IMG/VR virus record: IMGVR_UViG_3300046463_000520
Span: 1-64,000 of that record
Origin: a virus
Strand: one strand, 5' to 3'
Length of the DNA: 64,000 nt
Part shown: one piece after another, positions 1 through 8,510 of the stretch
How positions within the stretch are numbered: position 1 is the stretch's first letter
Layout of the letters: the number at the start of each line of letters is the position of its first letter
Notes under the pieces: model-generated
Seen by the model: only the letters and a program-made list of their open reading frames with translations
Database searches by the model: none
Told to the model about the DNA's origin: nothing
Position numbers and translations under genes: made by a program

Positions 1-2
1 CG

Positions 3-362
3 GGGGCGAAGCTGGAAGGTGGCGAGTGGCGCGCGATCTTCAATTCCGCCCGAAGTCCTGATGCGACGTTCGAACAATTCTGTGGTTGGATGCGCGAAGA
101 AATCGCCGCCACTCCCGCGAGTTCGGTGGCCGATGCGGCGCGCACACCTGACGCCGACGAGTGTTTCGCCGAAGCCAAGGAAGCGATAGACGCCGCGCGC
201 TGGCGCACGGCCCTGCGATTCGTCGGCGGCGAACTGTCGGGCGGATGGCGGCAATGCTTCCACTTCGGCACGCTGCCTATCGCCAAGGGCGTGGATATCA
301 TGCGCGGCAGTGTCGCGGAACACTTCACTGCGGCCATCGACGCCGCGCGCAAGGGGGAATGA
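3..362 (+). CDS. Hypothetical phage protein (5' partial)
   Basis: Frame is open from position 3 to the stop at 362. Confidence 0.55.
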   Translation, partial: GAKLEGGEWRAIFNSARSPDATFEQFCGWMREEIAATPASSVADAARTPDADECFAEAKEAIDAARWRTALRFVGGELSGGWRQCFHFGTLPIAKGVDIMRGSVAEHFTAAIDAARKGE

Positions 363-363
363 C

Positions 364-573
364 ATGTCATCACGTTTGACCGTAGAGCATTGGCCGTCTG
401 AGAACAAAGCCCAAATCACGGTGACGGGCGAATACCTGAAGGTTCTCGGATACATCGGTCACGACATACTGAACAATGCGGCACTCTCGGATTTCCCGGA
501 AGAACTGCGCGACGAGATTCGCGACGTGGCGGAAAAGCTGCAAGAGTTGTGTCCGCCCGACGAGAAAGCCTGA
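364..573 (+). CDS. Hypothetical protein
   Basis: ATG at 364 after AAGGGGA; followed by a terminator. Confidence 0.6.
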   Translation: MSSRLTVEHWPSENKAQITVTGEYLKVLGYIGHDILNNAALSDFPEELRDEIRDVAEKLQELCPPDEKA

Positions 574-596
574 CGCCCGCCCGCACCAACACACAC

Positions 597-621
597 AAGC
601 CCGCCGCGCGCGGGCTTTTTT
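597..621 (+). terminator. Rho-independent terminator
   Basis: AAGCCCGC-loop-GCGGGCTT followed by a T tract. Confidence 0.8.
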
Positions 622-632
622 ACGTCCGCACT

Positions 633-675
633 TAGGAAAACACAAAGCGTTCTCCGCAGGAACGGCACTTAACGT
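633..675 (+). promoter_or_regulatory. Late-promoter motif copy (terminase operon)
   Basis: TAGGAAAACAC at 633; TAACGT at 670-675 (36-nt offset from A634). Confidence 0.7.
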
Positions 676-707
676 CGGCAGTGTAGGCATCACGCACGCA
701 CATAGCC

Positions 708-1619
708 ATGACCGACGATACGAAAGACCCGACCGAACCGAAGAAGCCGCGCAAGCCTGCCGCAAAGAAGGCCGCGCCCGCTCGCAAGCAACCCGCGCGC
801 AAGACGGCGGCGCGCAAGGCTCCCGCACGCAAGCAACCGGCAAAGACGCCTGCACGCAAGGCCTCGGCGAAGAAAGCCGCGCCCGCGAAGAAGACCACGC
901 CGCCCGCAAAGAAGGAGCCCGCGCGCAAGGTCGCATCGGGAACCAAGCTCACGAAGGAACAGGCATCCGAATTCGTCGCCCGCTCAGTCTCGGACATGGT
1001 GGGTGAGGCTACCCGCGCAATGGGACGCCCGACCAAGTACCGCGACGAGTTTGTGCCGCAGATGATTGCCTTCTTCAACATCCGCACACAGAAGGTCATT
1101 GAGACGCCGCTGAAGAACAAGGACGGCAGTGTCGCCACGGATAAGCAGGGCAACGTCCTGTATGAGAAGACCGTCGTCACCAACGAATTCCCGACGCTCG
1201 AACGATTCGCTTCCGAATTGGGCGTCACGCGGCTCACTTTGCACAATTGGGCGCACGACACGGACGACGATGGGAAACCTTTGCGGCCCGAGTTTTTATA
1301 CGCCTACGCGCGCGCACGGGATTTGCAAGCGGCGCTCACCATCGAAGGCAGCTATGCCGGGATTTACGAGTCGCGCGCCTCTACGCTCGGCCTGAAGAAT
1401 CTCGCCGGATGGAAAGACCAACTCGAAGCGCACGTCGAAGGGACCATCGAAACGACGTCGCAGGAAAAGCTGGACGAGATTTACGCGAAGGGTATGGCGA
1501 ACTCCAAGCGCGCGGAAGAAGAAGCGCGCAACCGGGCGCTGCATGGGGTCGTGCCGGGCATCGCCGCGACGCCTGCATTCCGTCCGTCGGAGAACGACGA
1601 CGACGACGCGGACGATTGA
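708..1619 (+). CDS. Terminase small subunit with histone H1-like Lys/Ala/Pro-rich N-terminus
   Basis: GRPTKYR motif and HTH-like FASELGVTRLTLHNW; directly upstream of TerL. Confidence 0.8.
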   Translation: MTDDTKDPTEPKKPRKPAAKKAAPARKQPARKTAARKAPARKQPAKTPARKASAKKAAPAKKTTPPAKKEPARKVASGTKLTKEQASEFVARSVSDMVGEATRAMGRPTKYRDEFVPQMIAFFNIRTQKVIETPLKNKDGSVATDKQGNVLYEKTVVTNEFPTLERFASELGVTRLTLHNWAHDTDDDGKPLRPEFLYAYARARDLQAALTIEGSYAGIYESRASTLGLKNLAGWKDQLEAHVEGTIETTSQEKLDEIYAKGMANSKRAEEEARNRALHGVVPGIAATPAFRPSENDDDDADD

Positions 1620-1622
1620 CGT

Positions 1623-3182
1623 ATGGCGGCGAAGGTAAAGACGCTGGTCGATGACACGCGCTATTTGGCGTTCGTTGAGCGGTACGCATTCGATATCACG
1701 CGCTTCGCCATCGAAGTGTGCGGGCTGACGTCCCCGACGTGGCAACAGATATTGCTGTTCGATTCGGTCAGTAATCCCGGCTCGCGCACGTCTGTGTCAT
1801 CCGGGCACGGCACCGGCAAGACGTCGGGCTTCGCCATCATCGCCCTGTGGCACTTGCTCGTGTATGCGTTCTCGAACACGTTCCTGACCGCGCCGAAGCT
1901 GAAGACCGTGCATGACGGCGTGTGGAAAGAATTCGCCGACTTGTCGGAAAAGATTCGCAATGGCCCGCAGGCGTGGATACGCCCGTACTTCGAAATCGAG
2001 TCGGAGAAGGTGTTCGTCAAGGGCTTCAAGCTGAACTGGTTCGTGCTCGCGAAGACGGCCCCGCGCGGCTCCCCTGAGAACTTGGCAGGTACTCACCGGG
2101 ACTGGCTTCTGTGGCTCGTTGACGAAGCCTCTGGCGTGCCTGACGCGAACTTCGGTGTGGTGACGGGCGCACTGACTGACGAGCGCAACCGCATGGCGAT
2201 GGCGTCACAGCCAACGCGCTCGACGGGCTTTTTCTTCGACTCGCACCACGGCCTGTCGCGCGACGAAGGCGGCGCGTGGAACAACTTCGTATTCAACTCG
2301 GAAGAATCGCCGATTGTGTCGGCGGCGTTCATCGCGGAAAAGCGCGCGCAGTACACCGCTGAAGAATACGCAATCAAGGTGCAGGGCCGCTTCCCTGAGA
2401 ACAGTTCGAAGTATCTGCTCGGACCGGAAGCGATTCGCAAGTGTCACGGCCTGAACGTCATCCGCCCGGACGACGAATGGGGCTGGATTATGCCGCTCGA
2501 TATCGGCGGCGGCGGCTGGCGTGACGAGACGGTCAAGCTGGCGATGCAAGTCACCGGGCAGGGCGAGTACGGCGAGAACCCGCGCCGCGTGCAACTGAAG
2601 AAGGTTCTGCTGCATTCAGGCGGCATCGACCCCGCGCAGGTACACGGCCATGTCGTCCATCAATGGGGCGAGCACGACAACGCCACGTCGATGATTGACG
2701 CGGGCGGCATGGGCTTGGTCGTGTGCAAGCAACTCGACCTAGACGGCTTCTCGAACTACATCAAGGTGCTTTGGGGTAAGCCCAATTTCGCGAAGGAATA
2801 CCGCGAGCGCTACTTCAATCAGCGCGCGCAGGCGATGTGCGGCATTGCGCGTGCCGTGGAAACGGGGCGCTTTGGCATCGACGCAGACGTGGATATCGGC
2901 TTCGTCAAGCGCATGGTGCTGCAAGGCTCACGCATCCCCTATCACTACGACGAGAAGGCCCGTCGCGTGATTATGAAGAAAGAGGACATGAAGAAAGAAG
3001 GCATCCCGTCGCCTGACATATGGGACGCGTGCTCGTTTCCCTTTCTCGAAGACGCCTATTACTCCGTGTCCGGCGACGCCTACAAGACGCCGACCGGCAA
3101 GACCGAAGACCTTCAATCAACCCGCGAACGAATGCTCGCGAAACTGCGCGAGCAACAAGCCGCTGCGCGCTCTGCAAGTTAG
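1623..3182 (+). CDS. pacB: Terminase large subunit (P1 PacB-like)
   Basis: Walker A SGHGTGKT, Walker B LVDEASG, nuclease acidic motifs LDIGGGG and SPDIWD. Confidence 0.9.
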   Translation: MAAKVKTLVDDTRYLAFVERYAFDITRFAIEVCGLTSPTWQQILLFDSVSNPGSRTSVSSGHGTGKTSGFAIIALWHLLVYAFSNTFLTAPKLKTVHDGVWKEFADLSEKIRNGPQAWIRPYFEIESEKVFVKGFKLNWFVLAKTAPRGSPENLAGTHRDWLLWLVDEASGVPDANFGVVTGALTDERNRMAMASQPTRSTGFFFDSHHGLSRDEGGAWNNFVFNSEESPIVSAAFIAEKRAQYTAEEYAIKVQGRFPENSSKYLLGPEAIRKCHGLNVIRPDDEWGWIMPLDIGGGGWRDETVKLAMQVTGQGEYGENPRRVQLKKVLLHSGGIDPAQVHGHVVHQWGEHDNATSMIDAGGMGLVVCKQLDLDGFSNYIKVLWGKPNFAKEYRERYFNQRAQAMCGIARAVETGRFGIDADVDIGFVKRMVLQGSRIPYHYDEKARRVIMKKEDMKKEGIPSPDIWDACSFPFLEDAYYSVSGDAYKTPTGKTEDLQSTRERMLAKLREQQAAARSAS

Positions 3183-3222
3183 GAAAACGCATGTCACTCC
3201 CTGAGAAAACGCCTGCAATCAT
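3180..3222 (+). promoter_or_regulatory. Late-promoter motif copy (weak -10)
   Basis: TAGGAAAACGC at 3180; AATCAT at 3217-3222. Confidence 0.45.
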
Positions 3223-3616
3223 TGGACGTCGTGAAGCAAAAGAGCGCGGCCTGACGTCGTATTTCACTGGCAAGCCGTGCAAGCGCGGACACGTCGCGAA
3301 GCGCCAACTGAACGGGACGTGTGTGCTGTGCGCGCCGGAATACAAGACGGCTCACACGCAGCGCGCATTGGAACGTGACCCGGAAGGCGAGCGCGCTCGT
3401 GTGCGGGCGGCAGTGAAGCGCCATTACGACACGAACAAGACCGCGATTCTGGATAAGAAGCGCGCCTATTACGTGCAGAACGCGGCGGCGCTCAAGGCGA
3501 AAGCCAAGGCGAACCGCGAAAAGAAGAAGGCAGAGAAGGCCGCGCCCGCCGCCGTCGATGCCGTTGTGACGTCCAACCATCAGGAAACTGTATGCGAGCA
3601 CTCCACGCAATCCTAG
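3191..3616 (+). CDS. Zn-finger/basic protein resembling the N-terminal part of phage HNH-type endonucleases
   Basis: YFTGKPCKRGH...CVLC followed by a Lys/Arg-rich helix; no nuclease motif seen. Confidence 0.6.
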   Translation: MSLPEKTPAIIGRREAKERGLTSYFTGKPCKRGHVAKRQLNGTCVLCAPEYKTAHTQRALERDPEGERARVRAAVKRHYDTNKTAILDKKRAYYVQNAAALKAKAKANREKKKAEKAAPAAVDAVVTSNHQETVCEHSTQS

Positions 3617-3963
3617 CCGCCGCCAAGGGCATTCTCGCCGCCTGCGGCCTGAAGCGATACGCCATTGCCGCCGAAGTCGCCGACGTCGCGCTGACGACCG
3701 TCGAAGGCGTCGTCGCGCAGGTTCAGACACACGCCGCCGACGGCGCGAGCACGGTCTTTCTGTCCGCGCCTGACATGTCGCCCGCGCTGTTCCGCCAATA
3801 CACGAGCGCGCTGCGCGATGCCTTCCAGAAGGAATACGAGCGCACCGGCAACAAGCTCGCGCACGTCGTCATGCTGCCGCCCGGCATGACGCTCGAAGTG
3901 GTGAAAGAAGCCGCCGACCAACTGCTGCACGCCGCCGAATACCTCGCAAAAGAAGGCCGCTAA
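3592..3963 (+). CDS. Hypothetical protein
   Basis: ORF in a tightly packed + strand run with phage-like codon usage. Confidence 0.65.
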   Translation: MRALHAILAAAKGILAACGLKRYAIAAEVADVALTTVEGVVAQVQTHAADGASTVFLSAPDMSPALFRQYTSALRDAFQKEYERTGNKLAHVVMLPPGMTLEVVKEAADQLLHAAEYLAKEGR

Positions 3964-3990
3964 GTGTTCTGGCCTGTCGTCCCTGAATCC

Positions 3991-4347
3991 ATGACCATCG
4001 CTATGACCGAACAACACATGAATAGAGCCGCCGAAGACACGCCGCTCAACGAAGCGGAACTGAAGCAAGCCAAGCGCGCCGCACAACGCGCGATCCCGCT
4101 CGCACGCGCCGCCGCCAAGCCGTCGGACGCGCTCGGCAAGCTGTTCAAGCGCGCCGGACTCACGAAGGGCATCGACACGTCCATCGTGCTCGGAGCGGAC
4201 GCGAATCACCTGTTGGTCATTCAGGCGATTGCTGCCGACGGCTTGATGGTCGAGAGGACGCCCGAAATCCGAATGCTGCTCGAAGGCATCGCACTGGCCT
4301 GCGAGAAGACGCTTGCACTCCAACAACCGAAGGACGCCACGCAATGA
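3991..4347 (+). CDS. Hypothetical protein
   Basis: ORF coupled to the next gene; start uncertain. Confidence 0.6.
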   Translation: MTIAMTEQHMNRAAEDTPLNEAELKQAKRAAQRAIPLARAAAKPSDALGKLFKRAGLTKGIDTSIVLGADANHLLVIQAIAADGLMVERTPEIRMLLEGIALACEKTLALQQPKDATQ

Positions 4348-5087
4348 TGAAAGTTCTGCAACTCACCGCGCTCGATGGCTCGAAGTGGAACATTCCCGCA
4401 ACCGTCATTGCCGACTCGTTCAGGGCGCACTACGGGCCGGACGAAGAACCGGACGACGGCGACCTGATTGAGTGGGCGGGCAACGACATGAACTGGTCGG
4501 ACGTCAAGGCGCACGCCGTACAGGTAAAGGGCGCGGATGCGCTCGACATGCAGGATTCGTGGAACGAAGGCGACTTCGAAATCACGGATGCGCCGGACGT
4601 CGCCGCGCGCGCCGCCGCCGTGGTGGAAGTCTCGAAGCAAGCGTTCGCCTGCACGCGGTGCGGTGCGTCGTGTGTGGCGGGCGAAAAGCTCGATTGTGAC
4701 CGTGGCCCTTGCCCGATGGAACTCGTCGGCGATGACGACGAAATTGCGCTTGTCATGCCGGTTCCGCTCGATGCCGACGAACTGGCCGCGCTGAAGCTGC
4801 GCCTTGCGGCGGCGCGCTGCGCGACTGGCGAACTCGATACCGCCATTGAACCGTTCGCGCATATCAACCTTATGCCGGACCATATCGACGCGCTCGCGCT
4901 CACTGTGAAGGTCGCGGACAAGGTGACGTCGAAAGACTATCTCGACCTGTACTACGCAATGCGCGAAGACGCGGCGACCATCCTCGCGGGCGTGCAAGCG
5001 GGCGACCACGGCGACGCGATCATTGCCGCCTTCGGCGAGCGGGCGGCGCGCATGGCGATTCTGAAGGCCGCAGGGCTGTCCGAATGA
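4344..5087 (+). CDS. Hypothetical protein with internal CxxC-C-C-C cluster
   Basis: Overlapping start/stop; LIEWAGNDMNWSDV segment plus Cys cluster. Confidence 0.7.
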   Translation: MMKVLQLTALDGSKWNIPATVIADSFRAHYGPDEEPDDGDLIEWAGNDMNWSDVKAHAVQVKGADALDMQDSWNEGDFEITDAPDVAARAAAVVEVSKQAFACTRCGASCVAGEKLDCDRGPCPMELVGDDDEIALVMPVPLDADELAALKLRLAAARCATGELDTAIEPFAHINLMPDHIDALALTVKVADKVTSKDYLDLYYAMREDAATILAGVQAGDHGDAIIAAFGERAARMAILKAAGLSE

Positions 5088-5344
5088 TCCGCCCCGACTG
5101 GCTTTTCGTGAGCGAGTCGGAAGCTGTCGCGGCGGGCGCGACCCATGCCGGATACGTGTTCGGCGTGCCGGTCTGGATTGCGCACGTCGGCGACGACGCG
5201 CCTTTGATGGCCGCGAAGTTCATCCCGGCTGAATCGTGGATTTCCGCCTGCCTTATCGCGGCGCAATTCCTTCTCGATATCAACGTGCTCGAACGCGTGC
5301 CGTACTACTTCGGCGACGCGCTCGGCACAACCGCAGGGGCATGA
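5084..5344 (+). CDS. Hypothetical protein
   Basis: ATGA coupling. Confidence 0.6.
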   Translation: MIRPDWLFVSESEAVAAGATHAGYVFGVPVWIAHVGDDAPLMAAKFIPAESWISACLIAAQFLLDINVLERVPYYFGDALGTTAGA

Positions 5345-5447
5345 CCATGATGTTCGGCATTCAGTTCTGGCTTGCGTGGCAACTGTCCATGCGCGCCATG
5401 TTCCACCCTTACCCCGCCCCGAAGAAGGCGAAATCGGAGTCGAAAGA

Positions 5448-5711
5448 ATGAAAGTGACCCTCGCGCAGATTGAAGCGCGCATTGCGAAAGTGACCTACGA
5501 GATTCGCGACGACCGCCGCACGACGGTTTGCGAAATCACGCTCGACAACGGATGGACCGAACGCGGCGAATCGAACTGTGTCGATCCCGCCGAATTCATC
5601 AAGCTCGCGGGCGAAAAGGCCGCATACAACAAGGCCATCGACGGCCTGTGGAAGTGCTTCGCGTTCGTTCTGCGCGAAGAAATGTTCGGCTCGAAAGGAG
5701 ACAAGGCATGA
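5448..5711 (+). CDS. Phage Gp49-family protein
   Basis: TTVCEITLDNGWTERGESNCVDPAEF...AYNKA signature. Confidence 0.75.
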   Translation: MKVTLAQIEARIAKVTYEIRDDRRTTVCEITLDNGWTERGESNCVDPAEFIKLAGEKAAYNKAIDGLWKCFAFVLREEMFGSKGDKA

Positions 5712-6550
5712 CCGACCATTACGACCAACGCGAAGACCTGCACAAAGTCGATGCCGACCGCGCTTTCAATGACGCGGCGCGCGAACCGCTTGCACGCGAC
5801 GTTCATGCGGTGCTCACCGCAATTCACGAGCGTGGCTCGATGCGCGGGCGCGACATTCTCGCCATGCGCCTGATATTGAATCTGACGGACATGGAACGCC
5901 GTGGCCTGATTATCATGCGCGGCGTGATTGAGGACTCGACGCCCGCCTACGTCTATCGCCTGACGCAGTATGGGCGGATGCGGCTCGAACAGGACAACGC
6001 GCGCTATCACCGCGAAGCGTCGAAGAAGCTGCCGCCGCTCACCGGCAACCTGTCCGACGTGCTCGTGAAGCCGCACGTTCATTCGGTCGCGGACCAACAA
6101 CACACGCACGGCGTCACCGACGGCGGGCATTCGCAAACGCTGCATACCGGCGAACACTCGCACTTTGCGGGCGTGACCGATGGCGGCTACTTCCCGATTA
6201 GCGATCCGGGTCCGTCGCACGCCGTCCATGCGCACGGCCATCAGTTCGCGCCGGTCGCGCTCGGGCACGCGTATCCCTCCGGCGCACCGAACGCTCACGC
6301 GCCGTTCCCGCGCCCGGAAGACGTCGAGCCGCAGGCCGCGCACGGCTCGGCAGGCGCGATTTCCGGCCCGCTGCGCCTTCGCCTGTTCGCCGACGGCTCG
6401 TTAGTGGTCGATAACCCTGCGCGCCCGCTGGCGGTCTATCCCGTCGCGCATACGGGGCCGCACGAAGCCGACCCGATCACGCTCACGCTCGATGCCGCTG
6501 TCGCAAAGAACCTGCCGCTGTTCCTCCAATCCATCGCCAAGGGGAAGTAA
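5708..6550 (+). CDS. Winged-helix-like protein with His-rich (HxH) central region
   Basis: MERRGLI...YRLTQYG wHTH-like pattern; HVH/HTH/HSH/HAH repeats. Confidence 0.65.
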   Translation: MTDHYDQREDLHKVDADRAFNDAAREPLARDVHAVLTAIHERGSMRGRDILAMRLILNLTDMERRGLIIMRGVIEDSTPAYVYRLTQYGRMRLEQDNARYHREASKKLPPLTGNLSDVLVKPHVHSVADQQHTHGVTDGGHSQTLHTGEHSHFAGVTDGGYFPISDPGPSHAVHAHGHQFAPVALGHAYPSGAPNAHAPFPRPEDVEPQAAHGSAGAISGPLRLRLFADGSLVVDNPARPLAVYPVAHTGPHEADPITLTLDAAVAKNLPLFLQSIAKGK

Positions 6551-6552
6551 CC

Positions 6553-7017
6553 ATGCTCCGACTCGTCAAATTTCTGTTCCGCGCCGTCTTCAATGCGCAC
6601 GTCTTCGCGCTCGTGTTCGTCGCCTACGTTCTGCATGGTCTGTACGCGAAAATCGGCGCGGTGTATCTCGCGCCCGTCTCGTTCGATGACTGGATAGGCG
6701 TGTGCGTGGTGTTCGGCGTGGTGCTCATGATGGGATGGCTCGCGGGCAACGAGTTCCGCTCGCTTCAGGTTCGCACGCTGCGCCGGATTCTCGCCAGCGA
6801 GCGCGAGCACGCCGCCGACATGCGCCGCCTGAATTGCAGCATGATTGACGACGTTCTACTGGCGGCGCGCAATGGCCTGCCGGTCAAGTCGTTCCCGTAC
6901 AGCGGGCGCGGCACTGGCGACGAACTCGATGTAGCGGCGTATCGCATCGACCGGGCGGCGCGCGACGCCGAACGTGCGAAGGAACAAGCCGCGTTCGATC
7001 TGTCGGGGCGGCTGTAA
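6553..7017 (+). CDS. Membrane protein (two N-terminal TM segments)
   Basis: Two hydrophobic stretches. Confidence 0.65.
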   Translation: MLRLVKFLFRAVFNAHVFALVFVAYVLHGLYAKIGAVYLAPVSFDDWIGVCVVFGVVLMMGWLAGNEFRSLQVRTLRRILASEREHAADMRRLNCSMIDDVLLAARNGLPVKSFPYSGRGTGDELDVAAYRIDRAARDAERAKEQAAFDLSGRL

Positions 7018-7226
7018 TGGGCGGGTATCACGACCATCAACTGCGCGCGATGGCGATGCTGCTCGGACGCAAGGGCAAAAGCCTCGCCGTGCAGCAATTC
7101 TTGGACGGCTACCTGACCCGCCGCGCCGACGGCTTGCGCCTGCGCGATATCGCTCGCGCCGTGCCGGTCACGCACGCCATGTTCCACGCCCACGCGCGGC
7201 ATATCGAACGGGACCGCTTCAAATGA
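7017..7226 (+). CDS. Hypothetical protein
   Basis: TAATG coupling. Confidence 0.55.
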   Translation: MGGYHDHQLRAMAMLLGRKGKSLAVQQFLDGYLTRRADGLRLRDIARAVPVTHAMFHAHARHIERDRFK

Positions 7227-7414
7227 AACTCTCCTATGTGGTGGAAGAAGTGATCGAAATCGACGACTATTCGCCCGATTCGGTCGAGCCGATTGGCACG
7301 TTCGAGACGGTCGAAGAAGCGGTCGCGGCGGCGCGCGCCTACGAGCCTGCCGAATGGCGCAAGGGAATTTACGTGACCTACGCGCGCATCAAGGTCGAAG
7401 GGTGGAAGCAATGA
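7223..7414 (+). CDS. Hypothetical acidic protein
   Basis: ATGA coupling at both ends. Confidence 0.6.
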   Translation: MKLSYVVEEVIEIDDYSPDSVEPIGTFETVEEAVAAARAYEPAEWRKGIYVTYARIKVEGWKQ

Positions 7415-7752
7415 AGCGAGTCGTCATCCTCACGGCGGGCACGGTCGTATCCGCCGAATTCATCCGCACGATGGCGAAAGCCGGGTTCGATGCCGAAGTG
7501 ATAGCGGACGCGGAAATCGTGCGCACGGCGCGCGAAGACCCGGCCATGCTCGACGTCGATACGCTCGTGCGCGAGTCGATGCGTTTCGAGCGCACAAAGC
7601 CTATCCCTGTGGAAGCGTTCAAGGTGCGCGCGGAAGACTATGACGACCGCCGCAACGACCCGCAACGGGACGTCGCCATGCTGCGCCGGGAAATGCTCGC
7701 GCGCGAGCGTTCGAGCCGTCACATGCTGAAGAAAGGGCGGGGCCGTCGATGA
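7411..7752 (+). CDS. Hypothetical protein
   Basis: ATGA coupling; last gene of the run. Confidence 0.6.
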   Translation: MKRVVILTAGTVVSAEFIRTMAKAGFDAEVIADAEIVRTAREDPAMLDVDTLVRESMRFERTKPIPVEAFKVRAEDYDDRRNDPQRDVAMLRREMLARERSSRHMLKKGRGRR

Positions 7753-7850
7753 CGCGCGTCTATGGTCGATGCGCGCATGGCGTGCCGTATCAATTCCGCT
7801 GCCTTAAATGCGTGCCGATCCGCTTGCTTAGGGCTTGATGTGGTGGTGGA

Positions 7851-7886
7851 TAGAGAAAAGGCCCGGTTTTTACGCCGGGCCTTTCC
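7851..7886 (-). terminator. Rho-independent terminator (best U tract on -; possibly bidirectional)
   Basis: AAAGGCCCGG (7857-7866) / CCGGGCCTTT (7875-7884). Confidence 0.75.
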
Positions 7887-8119
7887 AATGGGCTTGCAGG
7901 TGTACAAAGTCTGTTCGCCCGGCAGGGTTTCCGCCTGCTGCCGGGCAACGGCATCGAGAACCCCCGACACTGCCCGTCTGCCCGGCTCATTCCGCAGGGA
8001 CTTCGCTTCAGGCGCGCTATCGCGCGGGACGCTCCCCGACTCGACGGGCGATGGTTGAGGCACTTGGATAGCGGTCCAAGGCTCGCCGCTCACGCGGGCC
8101 GATGCGCATTGCCTAAAGC
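7851..8119 (-). ncRNA. Candidate structured non-coding RNA (~270 nt)
   Basis: Own promoter and terminator; long-range and local helices; no credible ORF. Confidence 0.5.
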
Positions 8120-8125
8120 GTCGCC

Positions 8126-8155
8126 ACTGTAGCAGGACGACGGCGGCGCGGACAA
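8126..8155 (-). promoter_or_regulatory. sigma70-like promoter with extended -10
   Basis: TTGTCC-N18-TACAGT with TG at the extended -10 position. Confidence 0.55.
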
Positions 8156-8246
8156 GGGCGACGACTTCGCGTTTTTGACGTCCATCCATATCGAAAATGC
8201 TGATACTCTCCCCGTACCGGCGTACTCATTTTGTGGATCGACAACC

Positions 8247-8441
8247 ATGCGAATTTCAGACCTGCGCGACGCGCTCGCGGAACTCAATCTCTCACAAGCG
8301 GAATTCGGGCGAGCCATCGGCGTGAATGCGAACACGGTCACGCGCTGGATGAAAGGCACCACGCCGGTCCCGAAGGTGGTTGGGGAATACCTGCGCCTTC
8401 GCCTGTCGATTCATCGCTTCGCTGAAGCCGCAAAGGGATAA
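8247..8441 (+). CDS. Small XRE-family HTH regulator
   Basis: LNLSQAEFGRAIGVNANTVTRWMKG. Confidence 0.85.
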   Translation: MRISDLRDALAELNLSQAEFGRAIGVNANTVTRWMKGTTPVPKVVGEYLRLRLSIHRFAEAAKG

Positions 8442-8482
8442 GGAAAACCGCGCGCCGCCGCGCTAAAACCCGCCCCGACAAT
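8441..8482 (+). promoter_or_regulatory. Late-promoter motif copy
   Basis: AGGAAAACCG at 8441; GACAAT at 8477-8482. Confidence 0.7.
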
Positions 8483-8510
8483 GGGTTCAGACCTTCACAC
8501 TGGACCCGTT

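Noticed and set aside
708-1619. P1-type pac site (clustered TGATCA/G hexamers) inside terS
   Set aside because: No such GATC hexamer cluster is visible; the pac site cannot be located
8028-8061. Loose resemblance to a type I-C CRISPR repeat (GACGCTCCCC...GGGCGATGGTTGAGGC), i.e. a solitary-repeat anti-CRISPR RNA
   Set aside because: Single copy, weak stem, poor 3' match, and on the strand opposite to the predicted transcript
7944-8113. 6S RNA-like fold on the + strand
   Set aside because: Only the small CTTGGA/TCCAAG hairpin is reminiscent; promoter, terminator and G-U pairing favour the - strand and the fold is branched
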